Below, piece after piece: positions 17,264 through 25,841 of a stretch of DNA of 58,514 bases (positions are counted from its first letter, which is position 1; the number at the start of each line of letters is the position of its first letter). The position numbers and the translations under genes are program-made. The notes beneath the pieces are model-generated. The model ran no database searches. It was not told where the DNA came from and was given only the letters and a program-made list of their open reading frames with translations. This stretch comes from a virus (lineage: Duplodnaviria > Caudoviricetes), in IMG/VR virus record IMGVR_UViG_3300032157_000372, positions 1-58,514 of that record; one strand, given 5' to 3'.

Positions 17264-17551
17264 ATGAAGCTCACGGACATCTACGACAACGCGACGCTCA
17301 CCGGCGACCGGCAGGCCGCCTCGCAGATCCTGCGCGCGCTCGCCCAGGGCGAGGCCGTCGAGGTGCTCTGCAACGGCACGGGCTATCGCTTCGACAAGGG
17401 CGATCCCGGTCACGCGGCCCTGCTGGCCGAGTTCGCCGCCGAGTTGGGGCGCCTCGACGACAAGCTGCGCGCGCTGGGCATCGACGTCGACCTCAAGCCC
17501 GACGAGCCCGGCGACGGTGACGGCGACGACGAGGAGGGCGGCGACCAATGA
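17264..17551 (+). CDS. Hypothetical protein
   Basis: Good RBS; acidic tail. Confidence 0.65.
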   Translation: MKLTDIYDNATLTGDRQAASQILRALAQGEAVEVLCNGTGYRFDKGDPGHAALLAEFAAELGRLDDKLRALGIDVDLKPDEPGDGDGDDEEGGDQ

Positions 17552-17820
17552 GCGGCAACAAGTACGATGCCGAGCTCAACGCCACGCTGACGCAGGGCGA
17601 GATTGCAAACTTCACCGCCCGCGCGCTCGCCCACGGCTGGCGCCATCCCGACGAAGCGCCGGCCTACCGCGACCTGCACCTCGTCATCCTGCCGAACAAG
17701 ACCGTCGTCCGCGGCTGGCTGGTGACGCACCTGCGCACGCTGCCCCGCGCCTTCTTCACCTACGTCGACGGCGTTGCGCGCCTGGTGGAACCTGTCGCCT
17801 GGTGCGAGGTCGAGCCGTGA
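17548..17820 (+). CDS. Hypothetical protein
   Basis: ATGA overlap. Confidence 0.6.
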   Translation: MSGNKYDAELNATLTQGEIANFTARALAHGWRHPDEAPAYRDLHLVILPNKTVVRGWLVTHLRTLPRAFFTYVDGVARLVEPVAWCEVEP

Positions 17821-18053
17821 TGACCGAGCGCGAAATGCTGGCCAAAGGCTTCCGCCCGATCGACGAGCTCGTCGAGGAGCACCGCCCCGTCGAGTTCCTG
17901 CTCTGGGGCGGCCTCACCTGCCGCGGCTTTTTGATGGTCGGGGTGCCGCACCCGATGGCGCGCACGTTCTGGACCCGCGCCTGGGGCGGCATGCAGAACG
18001 TCAAGCCCGTTGCCTTCCGTCCCGATCCGCTCGAGATGGCGAGGGCGATCTGA
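17820..18053 (+). CDS. Hypothetical protein
   Basis: TGATG coupling on both sides. Confidence 0.55.
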   Translation: MTEREMLAKGFRPIDELVEEHRPVEFLLWGGLTCRGFLMVGVPHPMARTFWTRAWGGMQNVKPVAFRPDPLEMARAI

Positions 18054-19114
18054 TGGGCAACAGGCAACAGGCAACAGGCAACAGGGGCGGCGCCGCTGCC
18101 CGCTGCCCCCTGCCTGCTGCCGCCCCTTACTACTACACCGCCGACATGCTGCCTCCGATGGGCATCGTCGTGCGCGTCGTGTGGGACGGGCGCGGGCCGT
18201 TCGAGGCCGCACGCGTGATGAAGCCGGCCAAGCGCCATCAGCGCACCGAGTGCTGGCTCACGCATCACCACGGCGAGGCGGTATTCCTGCCCGAGGGCGG
18301 GCCCGGATTCGCGCCCATGGAAAGCGACCAGCCGCAGATCTGGCAGCCGCTCTCGGCGCGCCACTGGTCGCTCCCGCTCCCCGAGCGCACGGCGACGCTC
18401 ATGCCCGACGAGGGCCGCATGTGGTCGTCGCGGCAGAGCTTCGGCGCCGTCGACGATGCGGAAGCATCCGACCTCGCCAAGGAAATGGAAAACGACCGCC
18501 ACGCGGCTGGCTCCCATCGCGAGGGAGGTATTGCCGGAGGCGATCCGACCGAGCAACAGCGCGGAGCGCGAAGAAAATTATGGTGGCGCGACGCGACGCT
18601 GGTCAAATACTCCGCGCCCGGCCGCATCGTGAAGCGCGAGGCGGAAGCGCGCATCATGCGCTACCTCGCCGGCGAGGACCTCTCCGGCTTCATCCACGGC
18701 GCGGGCCTGCACCGCCGCCCGTTCGGCCTCTCCGACGACGACCTGCGCGCGCTCGCCGACCTCGAGGGCTCGCGCCTCGCCGACGCCATCCTGCGCTTCG
18801 ATCCCCTCCCTCAGGACTTTGCCGACGAGGAGACGGCCGGCATCTGGTTTGCCGCGCTGGGTCTCGAGGGCGGCGGCCGGGCGCGCCAGCGCGTCCTGAT
18901 CTTCGCCTCGCGCGACCTCGCGCTCTCGTTTGCCGAGATCGGCTCGGCGGCGGGCGTGAGCCGGGCGCGCGCACACCAGATTTACGGCGACGCGATCGAG
19001 CGCGTCTGGGCGATCGCCAACGGCGAGCGCACGGCGGGCATCGCCAAGCGCGACGCGGCGATCGAGCGCATCCGCATCGGCAACCGGCAGCACCGACAGA
19101 GGGAGAGGGCATGA
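18053..19114 (+). CDS. Protein with C-terminal sigma-region-4-like HTH (candidate late regulator)
   Basis: LSFAEIGSAAGVSRARAHQIYGDAIERV. Confidence 0.6.
   Translation: MGNRQQATGNRGGAAARCPLPAAAPYYYTADMLPPMGIVVRVVWDGRGPFEAARVMKPAKRHQRTECWLTHHHGEAVFLPEGGPGFAPMESDQPQIWQPLSARHWSLPLPERTATLMPDEGRMWSSRQSFGAVDDAEASDLAKEMENDRHAAGSHREGGIAGGDPTEQQRGARRKLWWRDATLVKYSAPGRIVKREAEARIMRYLAGEDLSGFIHGAGLHRRPFGLSDDDLRALADLEGSRLADAILRFDPLPQDFADEETAGIWFAALGLEGGGRARQRVLIFASRDLALSFAEIGSAAGVSRARAHQIYGDAIERVWAIANGERTAGIAKRDAAIERIRIGNRQHRQRERA
18056..18123. repeat. Heptamer inverted-repeat element (GGCAACA)4...(CTGCCnn)4
   Basis: Read directly; in frame at gene start. Confidence 0.85.
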
Positions 19115-19117
19115 TGA

Positions 19118-19193
19118 GGCAACAGGCAAGAGGCAACAGGCAAGAGGGGAGGGCGCCAGCAACTGCTGCCTGCTGCCTGCTGCCTGCTGCCTG
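19118..19193. repeat. Heptamer inverted-repeat element (GGCAASA)4...(CTGCCTG)4
   Basis: Read directly; fills 32-aa mini-ORF 19111-19209. Confidence 0.85.
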
Positions 19194-19205
19194 CGGGGCC
19201 GCCAC

Positions 19206-19901
19206 ATGAGCAATCTGAAAAAACTCGCCAAGGATCTCGGTTTGAAGACGGCCGATTCTTTGCCCCCGCGCTCGCCTTCGGCAAGACGCGCGGGACCCGA
19301 AAAGCCCGCGCCCGATCACAAGGCGGCCCGCGAGCGCTGGCCGTCCGACATGCGGCTCGCCTTCGCGGTCGTGGCGCCCGCGGCCTACTGCATCGTGGCG
19401 ACCGACGGGCCGGTCTCGCTCACGCTGCACAATCCCGACGGCTCGGTCGCGCGCCGCTTCGGCCACAACCGCGGCGTCTGGCCGGCCGAGGTGGCCAAGA
19501 CCTCGAATTTCAAGGACACCGTCACGCACAACTACGACAAGTTCCCGCTCGCCTTCTACGGCACGCAGGTGCGCATCTGGGCGCCGACGATCGCCATGCG
19601 CGACGCGGCGGCCGACGACGCGCTCGCCGTGCTCGGCGCCCAGGCCGAGGCCGAGGGCGGGCTCGCCGAATTGCGCCGGCGCGCGCTCGACCTCGGGCCC
19701 GCGATCGACTTCGCGCTGCTGACGCGGGGCCTGCGCGAGCGGGCGGCGTCGCTCGGCATCAAGACGTGGGTCGACGCCGAGCTCGAGGCCTGGCTCGAGG
19801 ACCTGGTCCGCCGCGCCAACGAGGTGCGCGCCAAGAACGGCGGCACCTTCAAGCAGACCGTCGAGCGCCTGGCGTGGAAATCGATCGAGCAGCGGGGGTG
19901 A
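19206..19901 (+). CDS. Hypothetical protein
   Basis: 231-aa ORF, phage-like codon usage. Confidence 0.7.
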   Translation: MSNLKKLAKDLGLKTADSLPPRSPSARRAGPEKPAPDHKAARERWPSDMRLAFAVVAPAAYCIVATDGPVSLTLHNPDGSVARRFGHNRGVWPAEVAKTSNFKDTVTHNYDKFPLAFYGTQVRIWAPTIAMRDAAADDALAVLGAQAEAEGGLAELRRRALDLGPAIDFALLTRGLRERAASLGIKTWVDAELEAWLEDLVRRANEVRAKNGGTFKQTVERLAWKSIEQRG

Positions 19902-19904
19902 GCC

Positions 19905-20342
19905 ATGACGACACTTGAAGACGAAATCGAGGGCATGAGGCAGCGCATGGTCGCCTCGGCGCGGTCGGAGCGCGAGCGCGTGGCCGACCTCGGCGAGCAT
20001 CTGAAGGCGTCCGACGAACTGCTCGTCGGCGACGTGCGCCTCATCACCGCCCAGCACGAGGAGCGCCGGCGCGCGCTGCTCTCCGAGCTGCAGCGGCTCG
20101 CGTCGCGGCTCGGTTACTTGCCCATCGCGACGCCTCCGGCTACCGCGATGGGGCCCGCTACGGTCGCGCGTGTCGAGCAAGCGGGGAGGCGTGATCTTGC
20201 GGCCGATTGCCGATTGCCGGCTGCCGGCCTTCCCGAGGAGCCGGTGATGACGGAGGCCGATTTCATGGCCGAGCTCGCCCGCCACGGACTGCCCTGGCCC
20301 GAGCACGGGCCGCCGCCGCATCGCAACGGGAGGCCGCAATGA
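19905..20342 (+). CDS. Coiled-coil hypothetical protein containing repeat insertions
   Basis: Contains the 44-bp repeat and a GCCGATT heptamer run in frame. Confidence 0.6.
   Translation: MTTLEDEIEGMRQRMVASARSERERVADLGEHLKASDELLVGDVRLITAQHEERRRALLSELQRLASRLGYLPIATPPATAMGPATVARVEQAGRRDLAADCRLPAAGLPEEPVMTEADFMAELARHGLPWPEHGPPPHRNGRPQ
20117..20160. repeat. 44-bp palindromic dispersed repeat, copy 2
   Basis: Identical to 6665-6708. Confidence 0.9.
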
Positions 20343-20665
20343 ACGCGCTGCCGCGAATTCCCGTGGTCCCGGTCGCGACCCTCGCGCTGACCGGTGACGA
20401 GATGTACGCCGGCGTGATCCTCGCGCACGCGTTCAACTGGGCGCAGACGACGACGGTGCTGCTCGAGGATGCGGACGGCGTCGTCGGCGTCGGCAACACG
20501 ACGAGCTGGCCGAACCAGGGGCACAGCGTCACGTTCCGCGTCGAGAAGGCGCGGAGCAAGGCGCTCTCCAACCTGCGCGACTGCCAGCGCATGCGGCGAA
20601 ACTGGCTCGCGAAGTACCCGGCCGCCGCGCCGGCCGCCGCGCGGGTCGGGGAGGGCGTGGCGTGA
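20339..20665 (+). CDS. Hypothetical protein
   Basis: GGAGG RBS, ATGA overlap. Confidence 0.6.
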   Translation: MNALPRIPVVPVATLALTGDEMYAGVILAHAFNWAQTTTVLLEDADGVVGVGNTTSWPNQGHSVTFRVEKARSKALSNLRDCQRMRRNWLAKYPAAAPAAARVGEGVA

Positions 20666-20946
20666 TGCGGGTCTATCACTTGTTCCTGCTCGCGGTCGCG
20701 GCGGCGCTCGGCGGCCTCGCCATGATCGAATTCGGCACGACGGTTTCCGTGATCGAGTGGGGCGCGCGCGTCGCGACGTTCGGCGTCTGCTACTTCACCG
20801 CCATGTGCGCCTGGTTCGGGGGTTTTGTGGGACGTGCGCCGCTGATTGCCGCGCTCGAGGAAATCGCCGCGCTCCCGGCAAGCGAGGGAACCAGCTACCG
20901 CGCCGCCCGCATCGCCCGCGCGGCGCTGGAAAGGGCCGCGGCATGA
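20662..20946 (+). CDS. Membrane protein
   Basis: Two hydrophobic helices. Confidence 0.55.
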   Translation: MMRVYHLFLLAVAAALGGLAMIEFGTTVSVIEWGARVATFGVCYFTAMCAWFGGFVGRAPLIAALEEIAALPASEGTSYRAARIARAALERAAA

Positions 20947-21071
20947 ACATCAAGGGCTACGTGCTGCGCGACGGCAAGCTCACGAAGAAGGGCCGGCGCC
21001 TCGACGCCTCGGCGAAGATCAGGCAGCGCAAATCGAAACGAACCAGGGTCGTGAAACGAGGCCCGGTATGA
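20943..21071 (+). CDS. Very basic 42-aa protein
   Basis: MNIKGYVLRDGKLTKKGRRLDASAKIRQRKSKRTRVVKRGPV; ATGA-coupled at both ends. Confidence 0.55.
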   Translation: MNIKGYVLRDGKLTKKGRRLDASAKIRQRKSKRTRVVKRGPV

Positions 21072-21529
21072 GCGCCTGCAATCGCATCAAGCCCGGAACG
21101 TGCGGCCGCTGCCGCTGGTTCAAGCCGCCGTTTCAGGATCGGCACTGGAAGGGCCGCGTGCGGCGCCAGGTCGCCGGCGCGTGCTCTGTGCGGGAGGATG
21201 AGCTGCGCTTTCGCGATCAGAGCTGCGACCTGATCGAGGGCGGGCCGCCGATCGGCTCGGCGCCGTCGGATCGGATGGCCAGCCTGAATGAGCGCATGAA
21301 GCGCAAGAATTCGGCCGCCCGGCGCCGCCGCATCGAAGGCCAGAAGCGTGTGCGCCAGGACCCGGCCTATCGCGCGGTGCAGGCGGCTGTGATGCGCGAT
21401 GTGATGAGCCGCCCCGAGATGCGCGAAGCGGCGCGTGCGCATGCGGCGACGATCAATCGCGACCCCGAGGTCCGGCGGCGGCAGTGGGCCGGCCGGCGGG
21501 CAAAGGCACAAGAGCGAGGGCGGGAGTGA
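21068..21529 (+). CDS. Cys-rich N-terminus plus basic helical repeats
   Basis: CGRC...C...C; DPAYR/RPEMR/DPEVR repeats. Confidence 0.55.
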   Translation: MSACNRIKPGTCGRCRWFKPPFQDRHWKGRVRRQVAGACSVREDELRFRDQSCDLIEGGPPIGSAPSDRMASLNERMKRKNSAARRRRIEGQKRVRQDPAYRAVQAAVMRDVMSRPEMREAARAHAATINRDPEVRRRQWAGRRAKAQERGRE

Positions 21530-23163
21530 AGCGCAAGCGCTACGACCCCGCCGACAACTCGGCCAAGAGCTACACGGCCGCGGTCGATGCCATTCGCATG
21601 GAGGGCGTCAAGGCCGGCCGCTTCCTGCCGCTTGCCGATCGGCCCGAGGAGATCAAGGCCTCGCCGATCGTCGACGACGTGCGCCGCATCGCCAATGGAA
21701 ATCACGGCCACGCCACCCTCTACCTCGGCGACTGCCGACGCATCGTGCCGCTGCTCGAGAACCTCGACGCGGCCGTGACCGACCCGCCCTACGAGCTCGG
21801 CTTCATGGGCAAGGGCTGGGACTCGAGCGGCGTTGCGGCCGCGTGGGAAACCTGGGGCGCGGTGCGCATCGCGCTGAAGCCCGGCGCGCATCTCGCGGCC
21901 TTCGCCGGCGCGCGCACCTATCACCGCATCGCGGCCGCGATCGACGACGCCGGTTTCGAGGTGCGCGACCAGATCATGTGGATTTACGGCTCGGGGTTTC
22001 CGAAGTCGCTCGACGTTGGCAAGGCGGTCGACGCGCTCGACGTCGTCGGCCCGCGCCGCAATCGCGCGCTGCGCTTCACCGCCTGGATGCGCTCGACCGG
22101 GCTCACGGCGCGCAAGATCAACGCCATCACCAAGACCGCGATGGGCAGCCACTACCTCACCGACGGCGAGCAGCCCGAGATCCCGACGCCGGAAATGTTC
22201 GACCTGCTGCGGCCGCACCTGGCCGCCGTGCCGCCCGACGTCGAAGCGCTCATCACCAGCCGCGCCGTCGAGAGCGAGAACGTCAAGCGGCGGCTGGTTG
22301 TCGGCCAACACGAGAAGCCTGCACATGCCGCGGAGTGGCGCGCGAGCCTCGGCCTGGGCGGTGTCGCGCCTGCCGGCGCGATCTCGCAGGCTTACACCGA
22401 CGACGCCAAGAAATGGGAAGGCTGGGGTACAGCGTTGAAGCCGGGACATGAGCCCGTGTGTTTCGCGCGGAAGCCGCTTTCCGAAGGCACCGTCGCCGCC
22501 AACGTGCTGCGCTGGGCGACGGGGGCGATCCATGTCGACGCTGGTCGTGTCGGCGACGATCGCATGATGCGTGAACGTTCGACAGGCCAACTGCTGACCA
22601 GCAATGGATCGATGGCCGGCGGCAAATACTCGCGCGAGAGTCTGGGCGAAGTCGAAGGCCGCTGGCCGGCCAACGTCGCCCACGACGGCTCGCTCGAGGT
22701 GCTCGAGTGCTTCCCGCCCTCGGCGCGCGATGCCATCCGGTTTTTCTACGCCGCGAAAGCGGACCGGGCCGAGCGTAACGCCGGGCTGAAGGAACTTCCT
22801 CTGAAAGCGCGCCCGACCATGGGCAACGGCATCGGCGGCCAGCCCGATCAGGGCCGCGCGAACAATCGCAATTCGCACCCGACCGTCAAGCCCGTCGACC
22901 TGATGCGCTGGCTCTGCCGCCTCGTGACGCCGCCCGGCGGCATCGTGCTCGACCCGTTCATGGGCTCTGGGACCACCGGCATCGCTGCCCTGCGCGAGGG
23001 CTTCTCGTTCGTCGGCTGCGAGCAGGACGCGGGCTATTTCGACATCGCGGCCCGGCGCATCCAGCACGCCGCCGACATGATCCGCCGCGAGCCTGATCTC
23101 GTGCGCGAGATCGCCGGCGCCATGACAAAGCGCCGCGCCGGCGACCAGGGAGAATTGCTGTGA
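21526..23163 (+). CDS. DNA N4/N6 methyltransferase (beta order)
   Basis: TDPPY, GFPKS, HPTVKP, LDPFMGSGTTG. Confidence 0.92.
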   Translation: MKRKRYDPADNSAKSYTAAVDAIRMEGVKAGRFLPLADRPEEIKASPIVDDVRRIANGNHGHATLYLGDCRRIVPLLENLDAAVTDPPYELGFMGKGWDSSGVAAAWETWGAVRIALKPGAHLAAFAGARTYHRIAAAIDDAGFEVRDQIMWIYGSGFPKSLDVGKAVDALDVVGPRRNRALRFTAWMRSTGLTARKINAITKTAMGSHYLTDGEQPEIPTPEMFDLLRPHLAAVPPDVEALITSRAVESENVKRRLVVGQHEKPAHAAEWRASLGLGGVAPAGAISQAYTDDAKKWEGWGTALKPGHEPVCFARKPLSEGTVAANVLRWATGAIHVDAGRVGDDRMMRERSTGQLLTSNGSMAGGKYSRESLGEVEGRWPANVAHDGSLEVLECFPPSARDAIRFFYAAKADRAERNAGLKELPLKARPTMGNGIGGQPDQGRANNRNSHPTVKPVDLMRWLCRLVTPPGGIVLDPFMGSGTTGIAALREGFSFVGCEQDAGYFDIAARRIQHAADMIRREPDLVREIAGAMTKRRAGDQGELL

Positions 23164-23477
23164 CCGGCCGCGCCGAGAAGGACCTCCTCACCAACGCAGA
23201 GTCTTTGCCCGCGGGCTCGGCTCCGCCAAGACCCGCGGGGCCCGGCTCGGCGCCGAGCGCCGAAATCACCGTCGGCGAGCTGCGCATGGCGGGCAAGCGC
23301 ATCTTCGGCCGCTGCCGCGAGTGCGGCCACGAGCGCACGATCGACCCGATGCGCGAGCCCTTCGACGGCCTCGAGCGCGACATGCCGGTCGCCGCGGTCG
23401 GCGTGCGCCAGCTCAAATGCCGCTGCGGCTCGAAGCAGATCATCACCATGCCCGAGCAGGAGAAAGGGAGCCCATGA
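23160..23477 (+). CDS. Zn-ribbon protein
   Basis: CRECGH...KCRCGS. Confidence 0.6.
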   Translation: MTGRAEKDLLTNAESLPAGSAPPRPAGPGSAPSAEITVGELRMAGKRIFGRCRECGHERTIDPMREPFDGLERDMPVAAVGVRQLKCRCGSKQIITMPEQEKGSP

Positions 23478-23872
23478 TCGACAGAATGGACGTGCGCCGC
23501 GCCGTCGGCGAGGCCGTGAAGCGCATCGAGCGCAACAACGCTGCGGCGCGCGCCGAGATCGCCGCCGAGAAGGATCGCCTGCACAAGCGCTGGCGCGAGC
23601 TGCAGGACCAGGCCGACGCCGCGCGCAAGGCCGTCGACCGCTGCAGCCCGAAATGGCGCGACCGGGAGGACATAGCTCTGCTCGAGAGGCTCGCTCGCGA
23701 GAATCCGGACCTCCGGATCATGGACCGCGAGTTCACGCCGCACATCTGCCCGGTCGTGTGCGAAGTGACCGGGCTCGGCATCTTCAAGGGCGACGAGGTG
23801 CTCGGCGACCCCGACTACGGCGCGTGTGTGCTCAAGGCCGCAGTGAAAGCGACGGTCGAGCCGGTCGAGTGA
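23474..23872 (+). CDS. Hypothetical protein
   Basis: ATGA overlap, GGGAG RBS. Confidence 0.6.
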   Translation: MIDRMDVRRAVGEAVKRIERNNAAARAEIAAEKDRLHKRWRELQDQADAARKAVDRCSPKWRDREDIALLERLARENPDLRIMDREFTPHICPVVCEVTGLGIFKGDEVLGDPDYGACVLKAAVKATVEPVE

Positions 23873-23944
23873 AAGGGGCGGCGCGAGGGCTGTAGAAGGG
23901 CTCGGCAACGGGTCGGCGCGGATACAACGCTAGGAGCAATCGAC

Positions 23945-24151
23945 ATGAGCACGACGGAGCTGCTGCAGGGGTTCGCGAGGGCGGTCGATGCGATGCTGCG
24001 CAACACGACGGGGCGGCGGATAAATTTCAGCCTGATCATCTGGGAGGACGGCGAGGCGAACTACGTCTCGAACGCCGACCGCGCGAGTGTGAAGAAGGCC
24101 ATGGCCGAGGTCCTTGAGCGCTGGGACCAGCCGCATTACAAGGGGCAGTGA
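23945..24151 (+). CDS. Hypothetical phage protein
   Basis: AGGAG RBS; FSLIIW...NYVSNADR motif. Confidence 0.7.
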   Translation: MSTTELLQGFARAVDAMLRNTTGRRINFSLIIWEDGEANYVSNADRASVKKAMAEVLERWDQPHYKGQ

Positions 24152-24169
24152 GACAACGAGGGAGGTCGC

Positions 24170-24424
24170 GTGATGGCTGCAGGCGATTACAGCAAAGTCA
24201 TTGAGGCCGCCAACGGGCTCACGCGCGCCCTAGCTGGGATCGAGATCGAGGGGCCGTTTAAGGTGATCCTCACGGCGGACGCCGGTGCGCGGCTTGCAGC
24301 GGCGCTGCCGCAATACGGGATTGACACGGTCCCGTCTTCGTCGCCCGTCTGGGTTTGGTGTGTGGTCGCAGACGTGCGGTTTGAATGGCCCCTGCACGCG
24401 CCGGCAAGCGATGAGATTTCGTGA
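24170..24424 (+). CDS. Hypothetical protein
   Basis: GGAGG RBS. Confidence 0.55.
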   Translation: MMAAGDYSKVIEAANGLTRALAGIEIEGPFKVILTADAGARLAAALPQYGIDTVPSSSPVWVWCVVADVRFEWPLHAPASDEIS

Positions 24425-24615
24425 TGGCCGCCGCCCGTGCGCCCTGGGCCGAGGCCGATCAGATTCACCACGCGCTCATCGAGCGCGCCGACGCGCTCAT
24501 GGGCTGCACGGAAGGCAGCGAGGAGGAGCGCGAGCTCGTCACCCTCACGGCCATGATCGAGGTTTACGAACAGGCGAGATGGCCAGCGGGCAAGATCGAG
24601 GGAGGCAAGGGATGA
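24421..24615 (+). CDS. Small protein resembling HigA antitoxin N-terminal region
   Basis: ERADALMGCTEGSEEERELVTLTAMIEVYEQARWP. Confidence 0.5.
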   Translation: MMAAARAPWAEADQIHHALIERADALMGCTEGSEEERELVTLTAMIEVYEQARWPAGKIEGGKG

Positions 24616-24791
24616 GCGTCCTCGAGGCGATGAACAAGCTGTTCGAGACGCCGGCGCTCGGCAGCAAAGATCGCCGGCCGTGTTTCGTTGCGCCGGCCTA
24701 CCGCGCGACCCGTGGCCGCTACCGGCCGCTTTCCCCGCATGTGCGTCGGTTCGTATCCTACCGGCGGTTCAAGATGTGGGGATTGCGATGA
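24612..24791 (+). CDS. Small basic protein
   Basis: ATGA coupling at both ends. Confidence 0.45.
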   Translation: MSVLEAMNKLFETPALGSKDRRPCFVAPAYRATRGRYRPLSPHVRRFVSYRRFKMWGLR

Positions 24792-25057
24792 CCCACGTCA
24801 CGCCCGCATCCGAGACGCTGCCCGAGGCCGCACTGCTCCCCGCATGGCGCGCGGCGTGCATCGCCTATCACCGTGAGCGGCGCGCTGGGACCTGGGAGCG
24901 CCACGCGCACGACGCGGCGTGCGAGGCGGTCCTCGCGCTGCGCCCCGACATGACGCCCCGCGCCGCGAGCGACGAGGCGATCCGCGCCATCGCCTACGCC
25001 TCGCAACTGCATCCCCGCTGGCTCTGGGACGGCGTCGGCGCTGGGTCGCAGCCGTAG
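24788..25057 (+). CDS. Hypothetical protein
   Basis: AWRAACIAY...AIAYAS..HPRWLW motif. Confidence 0.6.
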   Translation: MTHVTPASETLPEAALLPAWRAACIAYHRERRAGTWERHAHDAACEAVLALRPDMTPRAASDEAIRAIAYASQLHPRWLWDGVGAGSQP

Positions 25058-25155
25058 CCCCGCGCCCGCAATTCTCGTTCCTCCGCGACACACACAATTC
25101 TCGTGACCGCGGCGGGTATCGCCGAAAGCGATCGCGCTCGCGCAAAAAACGCCCC

Positions 25156-25190
25156 TTGACACTTAACGCAAATCAGCCCATCGCTCGCAT
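25156..25190 (+). promoter_or_regulatory. Probable late promoter (PR'-like)
   Basis: Perfect TTGACA at 25156-25161 upstream of structural genes; -10 not clear. Confidence 0.5.
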
Positions 25191-25214
25191 CAACGTCGCG
25201 AGACGTGTGCAGTG

Positions 25215-25249
25215 AACCCGGCCGGGACCGTCCCCGCGCCGGGTTTTTT
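25215..25249 (+). terminator. Intrinsic terminator (tR'-like)
   Basis: AACCCGGC...GCCGGGTT stem followed by T run. Confidence 0.65.
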
Positions 25250-25252
25250 GTT

Positions 25253-25305
25253 GGGTGGGCGTAGGCAGGCATCAGCGCCCTGCTGCCCGCTGCCCGCTGC
25301 CTCCC
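25253..25305. repeat. Degenerate heptamer inverted-repeat element
   Basis: GGCAGGCA...(CTGCCCG)2 CTGCCTC. Confidence 0.55.
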
Positions 25306-25423
25306 CCTTTCTCGCGCCTGATCCGGCCGCAGTCCAACTCTGAAGAAATCCTGAATAGTTGCTGCCCGCGCCGCGAAGACGGCCGCGAGGAACACGCCAC
25401 GCCGACACACCGGAGCCTCCGAC

Positions 25424-25831
25424 ATGGCCTTGAAGCTTTCGACCGCAGTCCGCAACGCCCGCCTCGACGCCATCGAGAGCACGGCCGGCGCGAGCGCGAT
25501 CATGAAGATGTTCACGGGCTCGGCGCCCGCCAACTGCGCGGCCGCCGATTCGGGCACGAAGGTCGCCGAGCTGGCGCTGCCGTCCGACTGGATGGCCGCG
25601 GCCTCGGGCGGATCGAAAGCCAAATCCGGCACATGGCAGGACGCGAGCGCCGACAACGCCGGCACGCTCGGCCACTGGCGCCTCTACGCCTCCGACGGCG
25701 TGACCTGCCACGCTCAGGGCACCATCACCGCGACCGGCGGCGGCGGCGATCTCGAGGTGCAGAACACCTCCGTTGCGGCCGGCCAGCAGATCACGGTGAC
25801 GAGCTTCCAGTTCAACGACGGCAACGGCTGA
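25424..25831 (+). CDS. Virion structural protein (beta-rich fibre/decoration subunit)
   Basis: MALKLSTAVRNARLDAI...GGGDL...GQQITVTSF; first late gene. Confidence 0.65.
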   Translation: MALKLSTAVRNARLDAIESTAGASAIMKMFTGSAPANCAAADSGTKVAELALPSDWMAAASGGSKAKSGTWQDASADNAGTLGHWRLYASDGVTCHAQGTITATGGGGDLEVQNTSVAAGQQITVTSFQFNDGNG

Positions 25832-25841
25832 GTGACCGGCC

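Noticed and set aside
6665-20160. 44-bp direct repeats as attL/attR of a nested element
   Set aside because: Not adjacent to the integrase, palindromic, with extra partial copies; the enclosed region is core phage immunity and replication.
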